The notes below the pieces were generated by a model that ran no database searches, was not told the origin of the DNA, and saw nothing but the letters and a program-made list of their open reading frames with translations. DNA of 64,000 nt from Polyangiales bacterium (GTDB lineage: Bacteria; Myxococcota_A; Polyangia; Polyangiales; Ga0077539): assembly GCA_044229975.1 (NCBI GenBank), contig JBGARZ010000001.1:448001-512000 (forward strand), in the 5' to 3' direction. The first letter of the stretch is position 1; each line of letters begins with the position of its first letter. Made by a program: the position numbers and the translations under genes. Shown here piece after piece: positions 46,857 to 57,066 of this stretch.

Positions 46857-49800
46857 GTGACCGCGGCGACGCCACTGCCTCCCGAAGATCCTCCCCACGC
46901 CGAGCACCTCGGCCCCGAGCGCCTCGACGCGGTCGCGCTACGTCTCGCGCGCGAACACACGGGCAGCACGCGCCCGGCGACGCGACACAGCGACGTGCTC
47001 ACACGCCTGGAGGACAACCGTCGGCAGCTCGTCGACAACTACCGCGCGACGCTCAAGGCCGCCGAGTCGGGCGGCTGGATCTCCCCCGCGGGCGAGTGGC
47101 TGCTCGACAACTTCCACGTCATCGCCGAGCAGCTCCGCGAGGGCCGCGAGAACCTCCCGCGCCGCTTCTACCGCGAGCTCCCCGAGCTCTCCGAGGGACC
47201 GCACGCCGGGTATCCCCGCGCCTTCGCCATCGCCATCGAGCTCATCACCAACACCGACGGGCTCCTCGACGTCGCGCTGCTGGAACGCTTCCTCACCGCC
47301 TACCAGTCCGTCACTCCGCTCACCGTCGGCGAGCTCTGGGCGATCCCCATCGCGCTGCGCCATGCGTTTCTCGACCGCCTCGCGAAGATCGCCGCCCGCG
47401 TCGACACCGCGCGCCGCGAGCGCGAGGCCGCCGAGGCCCTCGCCGACGAGCTCGCCCTCATCGCCACCAGCGGCCCCGACACCGTCGCCGTCGCCCTGGA
47501 GCGCCGCGTCTCCAGGCGCGTTCGACCGTCGACGACCATGTTCGCGACCGAGCTCGCGCTGCGCCTGCGCGACCGCCACCCCGCGCTCGCACTCGCCACC
47601 GCGTGGCTGGAGCGGCGCATCCTCGAACAGGGGACCACGCTCGACGAGGCCATCCGCGCCGAGCACCGCAGCCAGGCCGCCAACCAGATCTCCGTCGGCA
47701 ACTGCATCACCTCGATGCGCACCATCACGGCCACCGACTGGACCAAGGTCTTCGAGTCGCTGAGCGTCGTCGAGCAGGTGCTCCGCCGCGACCCGTCGGG
47801 CACGCACCCGCTTCAGGACTTCGCCACCCGCGACCGCTACCGCCACGTCATCGAGCGCATCGGCAAGCGCACCGGCCGCCCCGAACACGAGGTCGCCGAG
47901 GCCGCCATCACGATTGCCCGCGCGGCCTTCGAGCGCGCCGGGGAGATCGTCGAGACCCCGCGCGAAGCCCACGTCGGCTACTACCTCGTCGGCCCCGGTC
48001 TCGCCGCGCTGGAGTCCGCCGTCGGCTACCAGGCACCGCCCATCGAGCGCTTCGGTCGCGCGCTTCTCGCCCACGCGACGATCGCCTACCTCGGGCCCAT
48101 CATCCTCGGCAGCCCGCTGCTCGCCGCAGGCTTCGCCGCGTGGGCGCACGAGCTCGGCGCCTCCCCGGGGGCCGCCGTCGCATTGGGTGTCCTCGCGCTG
48201 CTCCCCGCGAGTGAGCTCGTGAGCGGGCTCGCCAACCTCGTCGCCACCGCGGCCCGTGCGCCCGTCGCGTTGCCCAAGCTCGACTTCGCCGACGGCATCC
48301 ACACCGACTTCCGCACCCTCGTCGTGGTGCCGATGATGCTCGGCAGCCGCGAGGGCATCGACGAACAGGTCGAGGCCCTGGAGCTGCGGTACCTCGCCAA
48401 TCAAGACCCCGCGCTCCGCTTCGCGCTGCTCAGTGACTTTCCGGACGCCTCGACCGAGCGAGCGGCGGGCGACGACGAGCTCCTCGCCGCGGCCGAGGCG
48501 GGCATCCTCCGACTCGGTCGGCAGTACGGCGTTGGGCGCTTCTACCTGCTGCACCGGCGACGCGTCTGGAGCGACGGCGAGCAGCGCTTCATGGGCTGGG
48601 AACGCAAGCGCGGAAAGGTCACCGAGCTCAACAAGCTCATCCTCGACGAAGGCGAGACGACCTTCAGCTCCGTCGTCGGTGACCGCGCGTGGCTCGCGGG
48701 CATTCGCTTCGTGCTCACGCTCGACGCCGACACCCAGCTCCCGCTCGGCACCGCCGCCCGCCTCGTCGGAACCCTCGCCCACCCGCTCAACCGCCCGCGC
48801 ATCGACCCGACGACCGGGGTCGTCGTCGAGGGCCATGGCGTGCTGCAGCCGCGGGTCTCGGTGTCGCCCACGTCGGCGCGGCGCAGCCTCTTCGCGCGCA
48901 TCTTCGCGTCGCAGGAGGGCATCGACCCGTACACCAGCGCCGTCTCCGACGTGTATCAAGACCTCTTCGCGGAAGGGTCCTTCGTCGGCAAGGGGCTCTA
49001 CGACGTGCGGGCCTTCGAGGCGACGCTGCGCGACCGCGTTCCAGAGGCGGCGGTGCTCTCGCACGATCTCCTCGAAGGGCTCTACGCCCGCGCGGCGCTG
49101 GTCTCCGACGTCGAGCTCTACGACGACACACCGTCGCACTACCTCGCAGCCAGTCTTCGTCGGCATCGCTGGATTCGCGGCGACTGGCAGATCGCCCCGT
49201 GGCTCGGCTCGTCACCGCCGCGCGCCGACGGCAAGCGCGAGGGCAACCCCCTCTCCGCCATCGGGCGCTGGAAGGTGCTCGACAACCTCCGCCGCTCGCT
49301 CGTCGCACCGTCCACCCTCGGCCTCCTCCTCGTCGGCTGGATCATCGTCCCCGCCCCCGTCGCCTGGACCGCCATGGTCGCCGTGCTCCTCGCGCTGCCG
49401 ACCTTCGCCCACTGGTCGTCGACGGCCGTGCGACGGCCGCGGCGCGCCACATGGTCCGTGCACCTCCGCCGCGTCACCGTCGACGCCGCCCACAACGCGC
49501 TCCGCTCGGCGGTGAACCTGCTCTTCCTGCCGCACGAGGCGTGGGTGAGCGTCGACGCCGTCGCGCGGGTGTTCTATCGCCGCTACGTCTCCCACCGCGG
49601 GATGCTGGAGTGGGTCACCGCCGCGCAGGCCGAGCGCGCGGGTCGCACCATCTCGCAGGCGTGGCGCGCCATGGGGCCGTCGCTCGCTCCCGTGGTGATC
49701 GCCTTCGCCATCGCGGCGCGACTCGACGGCTGGCCCGTCACCGCGCTCGCCCCGCTTGCGCTCGCGTGGTTGCTCTCACCCGCGATCGCGGCGTGGTTCG

Positions 49801-52800
49801 GTCGGCCCACGAGCGACGAGCCCGTGGTGGTGAGCGCCGTCGGCCGCTACTTCCTGCGCCGCATCGCGCGCAAGACCTGGAGCTACTTCGAGACCTTCGT
49901 CGGAGCCGACGACCACTTCCTGCCGCCCGACAACTTCCAGCACGTGCCGCAGCCCTTGGTGGCGCATCGCACCTCGCCGACCAACCTCGGGCTGTCGCTG
50001 CTGGCCAACTTCTCGGCGCTCGACCTCGGCTACCTCGGGCTCCATGACTGCGCCGACCGCGTCGAGCGAGCGCTCACCACCATGGAGAAGATGGAGCGCC
50101 ACCGCGGGCACTTCCTCAACTGGTACGACACGCAGTCGCTCGCGCCGCTGCACCCGCGCTACGTCTCCACCGTCGACAGCGGCAACCTCGCGGGCATGCT
50201 GATCGCGCTACGCCAGGCGTGCCTGCTCGCGACGCGCCCTCCCTCCGCGCGGCAGATCGTCGATGGCCTCGCCGACACGCTGCGCCTGCTCGACGAGGAG
50301 ATCGATCGCGCCGGTGACCGCGCCCTCCGCAAGCTGCGGAGCGGTGACGCGTCCTTCGAGCCGCTGCTCGCGCGACCCGCCGAGGCGACGGCCGACCGTG
50401 GCGAGTGGCTCCAGTCGCTCCGCCGCTGCGCCGAGGCCCTCAACGACGCACTGCCCGCTGATGCGCCTGCGACCCATCGCGAGATCGCCCGTTGGACGCG
50501 CTGCCTCATCGCGCAGATCGAGTCGCACCTCGCCGACGCGACCGACGCCTCGTCGCTCGTCGAGCTGCGGACGCGCCTCGCCGCCCTCGCGGCGCGCGCC
50601 GACACGATGGCCGAGGGGATGGAGTTCGAGTTCTTGTTTCACAAGGAGCGGCAGCTCTTCGCCATCGGGCTCGACGTCGGGGCCGACCGCCTCAACACGT
50701 CGTTTTACGACCTGCTCGCGAGCGAGTCGCGGCTCGGGAGCTTCGTCGCCATCGCCAAGGGCGATGTGCCCGTGAAGCACTGGTACAAGCTCGGTCGGGC
50801 GCTCACCCAGGTCGGGCGCCGACGCGCGCTCCTGTCGTGGACAGGAACGATGTTCGAGTACCTGATGCCCTCGCTGCTGATGCGGACGTACCCCAACACG
50901 CTCCTCGACGAGACGTGCCGCGCGGTGGTCGACGCCCAGGCCGTCTACGGCAAGGAGAGCCACGTCCCGTGGGGCATCTCCGAGAGCGCCTACAACGCCC
51001 GCGATCTCCAGCTCAACTACCAGTATGGGCCCTTCGGCGTGCCCGGCCTCGGCATCAAGCGCGGCCTCGCCGAAGACCTCGTCGTCGCGCCCTACGCCAC
51101 CGCCCTCGCGCTGCTCGTCGACCCCAACGCGGCGGTCGAGAACCTCTGGCGCCTCGTCGCCGAAGGGCTCGAAGGCGACTACGGCTTCCACGAGTCCATC
51201 GACTACACCTCGTCGCGCGTCCCCGAGGGGCAGCGCGGCGTGATCGTTCGCGCGTACATGGCGCACCACCAGGGCATGAGCCTGCTCGCCATCTCCGAGC
51301 ACCTCACCGGCGGCAACATGAGCGCGCGCTTCCACGCCGACCCACGGGTGAAGGCCACCGAGCTGCTGCTCCAGGAGCGCGTCCCCCACGAGGCGCCCAT
51401 CGAGGAGCAGACCGACGAGCAGGCTCGACCGCCGCGACCCGCGAAGGAGGTCGTGCGCGAGGAGTGGCTGCCGCTCCGCCTCGACGCGCCGCCCGAAGTG
51501 CACCTGCTCTCCAACGGGAGCTACTCGGTGATGCTCACCGCCGCGGGCGGCGGATACAGCCATCGGCGCGGCCTCGCCGTGACCCGCTGGCGCGAAGACC
51601 CGACGCGCGACGCGTGGGGGCAGTTCGTCTATGTGCGCGATGTGAAGAGCGGGAGGTTCTGGTCGCCCACGCACCAGCCCGTGCCCGCGGCGTCGTCCAA
51701 CGCGGAGCTGTGCTTTCCCGTCGACCGCGCGGAGTTTCGTCGCGCCGACGACGGGGTCGAGACGCACCTCGTGGTCTCCGTCGCGACCGAGGACGACGCC
51801 GAGGTGCGCGCCGTCAAGGTGACCAACCTCTCCGACGAGGCGCGGGAGCTGGAGCTCACCAGCTACGCCGAGGTGGTGCTCGCGCCGCCCAACGCCGACG
51901 CCGCGCACCCCGCCTTCGCCAAGCTCTTCGTCGAGACGGAATTCGTCCCCGCGCACGGCGCGTTGCTCGCGTCGCGTCGACCGCGGTCCGCCGAAGAGGC
52001 GCGCGTGTGGGCCGTCCACGTCTGCACCGTCGAGGGTGAGGCCGTCGGCACCGTGAGCTACGAGACCGACCGCGCCCGCTTCATCGGCCGCGGACGCAAC
52101 CGGCGCGACCCGGTCGCCATGGAGTCCGAGCTGCCCGGGACGACAGGCGCCGTGCTCGACCCGGTGTTCAGCTTGCGGCGTCGCGTGCGAGTCGCCGCAG
52201 GGAAGTCCGCGCGCATCCTGTTTACGACGGCGGTCGCCGACACCCGCGAGGCGGCGCTGCTGCTCGCCGAGAAGTACGCCGACCCGGCCTCGGCCAACCG
52301 CGCCCCGGCGCTCGCGTGGACCCACGCGCAGTCGCAGCTCCACTACCTCGGCATCGGCGTCGACGAGGCCCGCACCTTCCTGCGCCTTGCGTCGCGGCTG
52401 CTCTACATCGACCGCTCCGCGCGGGCCCGCGCCGACGTGCTCGCGCGCAACCGCCGCGGCCAGTCGGGCCTGTGGGCCTACGGCATCTCCGGCGACCTCC
52501 CCATCGTGCTGCTCAAGGTCGGCGGCGAGGAGCACATCGACCTCGAACGCGAGGTGCTCCACGCCCACGAGTACTGGCGCATGCGCGGCCTCGCGGTCGA
52601 CCTCGTGATCCTCAACGAGCACCCGCCGAGCTACCTGCAATCGTTTCAGGATCAGCTCCTCGGCGTGGTGCGTTCGGGCCCTGGCGGCAGCCTCGTCGAC
52701 AAGCCCGGCGGCATCTTCGTGCGGCGCGCCGATGTCATGCCCATCGAAGACCAGACGCTGCTCGCCGCCGCTGCCCGCGTCGTCCTCGTCGGCGGTCGCG

Positions 52801-55322
52801 GAACCCTCGCCGAACAGGTCGGTCGCGACCTCCACGAAGCGCCGTTGCCCGGCCCGCTGGTGCCGAGCCGCAAGCCTGGGACGACCGTCGTCGCGCCCTC
52901 CACCTCGCCGGAGCTGCGTTTCGACAACGCGCTCGGCGGCTTCTCTGAAGACGGACGCGAGTACGTCATCCGCCTCGCGCCGGGTCAGGCGACGCCCGCG
53001 CCCTGGGTCAACGTGCTCGCCAACGCGGGCTTCGGCGCGGTCGTGAGCGAGTCGGGCTCTGGCTACGAGTGGGCCGAGAACAGCCACGAAAACCGCCTCA
53101 CCGAGTGGACCAACGACCCGGTCTCCGACCCCTCGACGGGCGCCATCTACGTGCGCGACGAGGACAGCGGCGCCCTCTGGACGCCGACCCCGTTGCCCAT
53201 CCGCAGCGACGCCACCTTCGTCGTGCGCCACGGTCAGGGCTACTCGGTCTTCGAGAGCACCATCCACGGCATCGCGCAGGAGCTCACCGTCTTCGTCGCC
53301 CCCGACGACCCGGTGAAGATCTCCCGTCTCACGCTTCGCAACACCGGCGGATGGCCGCGCAAGCTCACCGTCACCGGCTACGTCGAGTGGACCCTCGGCG
53401 TGCTGCGCGAGACCTCTTCGGCGCACGTTCTCACCAGCATCGACGACGGCTGCGGCGCCCTGCTCGCGCGCAACACCTACCCCAACGACCACGGCTCCCG
53501 CGTCGCCTTCGCCGACACGTCACCGCGCTTCCGCGCTTTCACCGGCGACCGCCTGGAGATGCTCGGCTACTACGGCGACACCGCGCATCCGGCGGCGCTC
53601 GGGCGTGTCGGATTGAGCGGGCGCGTCGGGGCGGGCTTCGATCCGTGTGCGGCGCTTCAAGCAGAGATCACGCTCGCGCCCGGCGAGACGAAGGAGTTCG
53701 TCTTCGTGATGGGGCAGGTGCTGGAGGTTGCTCACGCACGCGAGCTCGTCGCCCGCTACCGCGCACCGGGCGCCGTCGCCGATGCCTTGAAGGCGGTGAC
53801 GGCTCGCTGGGACGAGCTGCTCGGCGCCATCGAGGTGAAGACGCCCGACGAGGGCCTCGACCTGCTGGTCAACCGTTGGCTGCTCTACCAGGTCGTGGTG
53901 TGCCGCCTGTGGGCGCGCACCGGGCTCTACCAGTCGGGCGGGGCGTACGGCTTTCGCGATCAGCTCCAGGACGTGGCGGCGCTCGTCTATTCGCGGCCCG
54001 AGCTCGCGCGCGAGCACATCCTGCGGGCGGCGGCGCGGCAGTTTCCTGAGGGAGACGCGCAGCACTGGTGGCACCCGCCGACGGGCCGCGGCGTGCGAAC
54101 GCGCTTCGCCGACGACTACCTCTGGCTGCCGCTCATCGTCGCCCACTACGTCACCACCACCGGGGACGTCGGCATCCTCGACGAGTCGGTGTCGTTCATC
54201 GAGGCGCGCGCGCTGGAGCCCGACGAACAGGAGGCGTACCTGCTGCCCACCGTGTCCGAGGAGCGGGCCACATTGGAGGAGCACTGCGCCCGCGCGCTCG
54301 ACCGCAGCATGGTCACGGGCGCCCACGGCCTCCCCCTCATCGGCTGCGGCGACTGGAACGACGGCATGAACCGCATCGGCACCGCCGGCCGCGGCGAGAG
54401 CGTGTGGATGGCGTGGTTTCTCATCACGACCATCGAGCGCTTCACGGCGGTGATGGGCGAGCGCCTGCACCCCGCGCGATCGGCCCGCTACCTGGCCCAC
54501 GCCGCGGCGCTGAAGACGGCGACCCACGACAACGCCTGGGACGGCGGTTGGTACCTGCGGGCGTTCTTCGACGACGGCACTGCACTCGGGTCGGCGAGCG
54601 CCGAGGAGTGCCGCATCGACTCCCTCTCGCAGAGCTGGAGCATCATCTCCGGGGCGGGCGATCGTGACCGCTCGACGCGCGCGCTGGCCGCGGTGGAAGA
54701 GCACCTCGTCGACCGCGAGGCGGGCATCGTGAAGCTGCTCGCGCCGCCCTTCGACAAGACCCCGCACGACCCCGGGTACATCAAGGGATACGTTCCCGGC
54801 GTGCGCGAAAATGGCGGGCAGTACACGCACGCCGCGGCCTGGGTGGCGCTCGCCGAGACGATGCTTGGTCACGGCGACGAGGCGGGTGCGCTGCTGCGGC
54901 TCATCAACCCGGTGCACATCACCGCGAGCGCCGAAGGGGTCGCGCGCTACCGGGTCGAGCCGTACATCGTCGCGGCCGACATCGCCGCAGTCTCTCCCCA
55001 CGCCGGGCGCGGCGGCTGGACCTGGTACACCGGCTCGGCGAGCTGGGTGTACCGCGTCGTCGTCGAGTCGGTGCTGGGCCTCCGGGTGCGCGGCGACTCC
55101 TTCACTGTCGACCCGTGTGTGCCGGCGGAGTGGCCCGGCTTCTCGCTCACGTGGAAGCGCGGCGCCACCACCTGGGTGGTCACCGTCGAGAACCCCTCCC
55201 ACGTCCAGCGCGGCGTGACCGCGGTGTCCATGGACGACCGCGCGCTCGACGACGGCCGCGTCCCGATGGTGGACGACGGTCGGGCCCACCGCGTACGCGT
55301 GGTGCTGGGCGCGCCGGGCTGA
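46857..55322 (+). CDS. ndvB: cyclic beta-1,2-glucan synthase (NdvB/ChvB/Cgs; GT84 plus GH94-type C-terminus)
   Basis: 2821 aa; EWLLDN, MGWERKRGK, TLDADT, LSHDLLEG, R.HRWIRGDWQ, QSGGAYGFRDQLQD, GDWNDGMN, RENGGQYTH, GWTWYTGSA.W. Confidence 0.93.
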   Translation: MTAATPLPPEDPPHAEHLGPERLDAVALRLAREHTGSTRPATRHSDVLTRLEDNRRQLVDNYRATLKAAESGGWISPAGEWLLDNFHVIAEQLREGRENLPRRFYRELPELSEGPHAGYPRAFAIAIELITNTDGLLDVALLERFLTAYQSVTPLTVGELWAIPIALRHAFLDRLAKIAARVDTARREREAAEALADELALIATSGPDTVAVALERRVSRRVRPSTTMFATELALRLRDRHPALALATAWLERRILEQGTTLDEAIRAEHRSQAANQISVGNCITSMRTITATDWTKVFESLSVVEQVLRRDPSGTHPLQDFATRDRYRHVIERIGKRTGRPEHEVAEAAITIARAAFERAGEIVETPREAHVGYYLVGPGLAALESAVGYQAPPIERFGRALLAHATIAYLGPIILGSPLLAAGFAAWAHELGASPGAAVALGVLALLPASELVSGLANLVATAARAPVALPKLDFADGIHTDFRTLVVVPMMLGSREGIDEQVEALELRYLANQDPALRFALLSDFPDASTERAAGDDELLAAAEAGILRLGRQYGVGRFYLLHRRRVWSDGEQRFMGWERKRGKVTELNKLILDEGETTFSSVVGDRAWLAGIRFVLTLDADTQLPLGTAARLVGTLAHPLNRPRIDPTTGVVVEGHGVLQPRVSVSPTSARRSLFARIFASQEGIDPYTSAVSDVYQDLFAEGSFVGKGLYDVRAFEATLRDRVPEAAVLSHDLLEGLYARAALVSDVELYDDTPSHYLAASLRRHRWIRGDWQIAPWLGSSPPRADGKREGNPLSAIGRWKVLDNLRRSLVAPSTLGLLLVGWIIVPAPVAWTAMVAVLLALPTFAHWSSTAVRRPRRATWSVHLRRVTVDAAHNALRSAVNLLFLPHEAWVSVDAVARVFYRRYVSHRGMLEWVTAAQAERAGRTISQAWRAMGPSLAPVVIAFAIAARLDGWPVTALAPLALAWLLSPAIAAWFGRPTSDEPVVVSAVGRYFLRRIARKTWSYFETFVGADDHFLPPDNFQHVPQPLVAHRTSPTNLGLSLLANFSALDLGYLGLHDCADRVERALTTMEKMERHRGHFLNWYDTQSLAPLHPRYVSTVDSGNLAGMLIALRQACLLATRPPSARQIVDGLADTLRLLDEEIDRAGDRALRKLRSGDASFEPLLARPAEATADRGEWLQSLRRCAEALNDALPADAPATHREIARWTRCLIAQIESHLADATDASSLVELRTRLAALAARADTMAEGMEFEFLFHKERQLFAIGLDVGADRLNTSFYDLLASESRLGSFVAIAKGDVPVKHWYKLGRALTQVGRRRALLSWTGTMFEYLMPSLLMRTYPNTLLDETCRAVVDAQAVYGKESHVPWGISESAYNARDLQLNYQYGPFGVPGLGIKRGLAEDLVVAPYATALALLVDPNAAVENLWRLVAEGLEGDYGFHESIDYTSSRVPEGQRGVIVRAYMAHHQGMSLLAISEHLTGGNMSARFHADPRVKATELLLQERVPHEAPIEEQTDEQARPPRPAKEVVREEWLPLRLDAPPEVHLLSNGSYSVMLTAAGGGYSHRRGLAVTRWREDPTRDAWGQFVYVRDVKSGRFWSPTHQPVPAASSNAELCFPVDRAEFRRADDGVETHLVVSVATEDDAEVRAVKVTNLSDEARELELTSYAEVVLAPPNADAAHPAFAKLFVETEFVPAHGALLASRRPRSAEEARVWAVHVCTVEGEAVGTVSYETDRARFIGRGRNRRDPVAMESELPGTTGAVLDPVFSLRRRVRVAAGKSARILFTTAVADTREAALLLAEKYADPASANRAPALAWTHAQSQLHYLGIGVDEARTFLRLASRLLYIDRSARARADVLARNRRGQSGLWAYGISGDLPIVLLKVGGEEHIDLEREVLHAHEYWRMRGLAVDLVILNEHPPSYLQSFQDQLLGVVRSGPGGSLVDKPGGIFVRRADVMPIEDQTLLAAAARVVLVGGRGTLAEQVGRDLHEAPLPGPLVPSRKPGTTVVAPSTSPELRFDNALGGFSEDGREYVIRLAPGQATPAPWVNVLANAGFGAVVSESGSGYEWAENSHENRLTEWTNDPVSDPSTGAIYVRDEDSGALWTPTPLPIRSDATFVVRHGQGYSVFESTIHGIAQELTVFVAPDDPVKISRLTLRNTGGWPRKLTVTGYVEWTLGVLRETSSAHVLTSIDDGCGALLARNTYPNDHGSRVAFADTSPRFRAFTGDRLEMLGYYGDTAHPAALGRVGLSGRVGAGFDPCAALQAEITLAPGETKEFVFVMGQVLEVAHARELVARYRAPGAVADALKAVTARWDELLGAIEVKTPDEGLDLLVNRWLLYQVVVCRLWARTGLYQSGGAYGFRDQLQDVAALVYSRPELAREHILRAAARQFPEGDAQHWWHPPTGRGVRTRFADDYLWLPLIVAHYVTTTGDVGILDESVSFIEARALEPDEQEAYLLPTVSEERATLEEHCARALDRSMVTGAHGLPLIGCGDWNDGMNRIGTAGRGESVWMAWFLITTIERFTAVMGERLHPARSARYLAHAAALKTATHDNAWDGGWYLRAFFDDGTALGSASAEECRIDSLSQSWSIISGAGDRDRSTRALAAVEEHLVDREAGIVKLLAPPFDKTPHDPGYIKGYVPGVRENGGQYTHAAAWVALAETMLGHGDEAGALLRLINPVHITASAEGVARYRVEPYIVAADIAAVSPHAGRGGWTWYTGSASWVYRVVVESVLGLRVRGDSFTVDPCVPAEWPGFSLTWKRGATTWVVTVENPSHVQRGVTAVSMDDRALDDGRVPMVDDGRAHRVRVVLGAPG

Positions 55323-55380
55323 CCTTCGCGCGGCGCTGGATTCGCCAGAGGCCGCGGTGATACGGTCCCGGCCCACGGTG

Positions 55381-56619
55381 ATGGCCCTGACCCCTCGACG
55401 ACGCTCCGGTTGGTGGTTCGCGGCTGCGGTGGTCCTGGCGAGCGCGACGGCGTCGGCCGACCCGATGGACCTCTCGCTCAACCGCCTCAGCTACTACAAC
55501 AACACCCCGTGGACCTCCGGGGGCGTCTCGTACAACCCCACGCGCTGGGCCTTCCGCGGCGGCTGCGGAACGCCCGGCACCGCGGGCTCCGACGGTCAGG
55601 CGTACGCCCAGTGTTTCCCCGACAACCAGCTCTGGGCCAACCTGGTCAACGAGCTCGGCGCGGCGCTCGCTCCTTCCCTCGCGGCTCCCGCGATGACCCT
55701 CGGCGTCGCGGGTCTCTACGTCGGCTACGAGGTGTCCGTGACCAACCTCCAGCGCACCGGCGAGCACTGGCGACGCGGCACCGAGGGGTCCATCACCTCC
55801 AACGTCAACAGCGACACCAGCAGCCGTCGCGACAACGGCGACGCGGCGGCGTTCGTGTCCCGCATCCATGTGCGCAAGGGCCTGCCCTTCGGCTTCGAGC
55901 TCGGCACCCAGGTGAGCCACCTCCACTCCAGCGGCATGTGGGCCATCGGGCTCGACCTGCGCTGGTCGCTCTTCGAGGGCTTCCACCGCGGCCTCGGCTG
56001 GCTGCCCGACCTCGCGGTGCGCGGATCGGTCAACACCCTCGCGGGCCAGTCGCAGATGGCGCTCACCGTCGTCGGCATCGACGCCGTGCTCTCCAAGCGA
56101 TTTGCCATCGGTGGCCAGGTGCGGCTCAGCCCGTACATCGGCGGTCAGGGGCTGCTCATCTTCGGCGACTCCGGCGTCATCGACCTCACGCCGTCGCGCA
56201 GCGCCCAGGCCGAGTGCCCGCGGCCGCAGACCCGCTTCATCCCCGACACCCGCACCGGCGCCGACCGTTCGCCGTCGGGGCTCGTCGGGCAGGTGTTCTG
56301 CAACGGCGGCGGAACGCTCCCGAGCCCGACGCTGCCGGGCGACCTCAACGACACCCGCAACAGCGCGGTGTTTGCCCCGATGAGAATCCTGCGGACGCGC
56401 GGGTTTCTCGGGCTCCAGATGCAGTGGGAGATCTTGATGGTGACGGCGGAGTTCTCCGTCGACCTCGGTGACCCGTCGTTTACGACCACCCCTTCGGCGG
56501 ACGCCGGGCGACCCGTAGCGACCAACGTGGCCGCGGGCGCCTCGACCCGAACCCCCATCAGCCTCGACAACTACACCCAGTGGACCACCACCGTCGGTGT
56601 CGGGTTCGCCTTCCGCTGA
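55381..56619 (+). CDS. putative outer-membrane beta-barrel protein
   Basis: Signal peptide (ASA-D), RKGLPFGFELG, C-terminal beta-signal-like VGVGFAF. Confidence 0.7.
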   Translation: MALTPRRRSGWWFAAAVVLASATASADPMDLSLNRLSYYNNTPWTSGGVSYNPTRWAFRGGCGTPGTAGSDGQAYAQCFPDNQLWANLVNELGAALAPSLAAPAMTLGVAGLYVGYEVSVTNLQRTGEHWRRGTEGSITSNVNSDTSSRRDNGDAAAFVSRIHVRKGLPFGFELGTQVSHLHSSGMWAIGLDLRWSLFEGFHRGLGWLPDLAVRGSVNTLAGQSQMALTVVGIDAVLSKRFAIGGQVRLSPYIGGQGLLIFGDSGVIDLTPSRSAQAECPRPQTRFIPDTRTGADRSPSGLVGQVFCNGGGTLPSPTLPGDLNDTRNSAVFAPMRILRTRGFLGLQMQWEILMVTAEFSVDLGDPSFTTTPSADAGRPVATNVAAGASTRTPISLDNYTQWTTTVGVGFAFR

Positions 56620-56690
56620 CACGCGGTCGCCGCTCGACAACGGCCCCGGTGCGGCGCACACCTCCCCGCCAATAGGAGCATCGACAATCC

Positions 56691-57020
56691 ATGGACGAAT
56701 CAACTCGGCAGCGCATCGAAGGCATCGTCACCGGCCACAAGGTCGTGCTGTTCATGAAGGGCACCAAGCACTTCCCCCAGTGCGGCTTCTCGGGCGCCGT
56801 GGTGCAGGTGCTCAACGCCAACAAGGCCGCCTACGAGACGGTCAACGTGCTGGCCGATCCGGCCATCCGCGAGGGCATCAAGGAGTTCGCCAACTGGCCG
56901 ACCATCCCGCAGCTCTACATCGGCGGGGAGTTTGTCGGCGGGGCCGACATCGTGCGCGATCTGCACACCAAGGGTGAGCTCGCGAGCATGCTGCAGAAGG
57001 TCTCGGCGGTCGCCTCGTAG
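56691..57020 (+). CDS. grxD: monothiol glutaredoxin Grx4
   Basis: [27 protein letters not shown]. Confidence 0.95.
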   Translation: MDESTRQRIEGIVTGHKVVLFMKGTKHFPQCGFSGAVVQVLNANKAAYETVNVLADPAIREGIKEFANWPTIPQLYIGGEFVGGADIVRDLHTKGELASMLQKVSAVAS

Positions 57021-57066
57021 TCCCCACCCCACTCCGGGTCGGTTGTGCTCTAGACTCCGCCGCCCC

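Noticed and set aside
50208..53492. 1094-aa minus-strand ORF
   Set aside because: Antisense shadow of ndvB.
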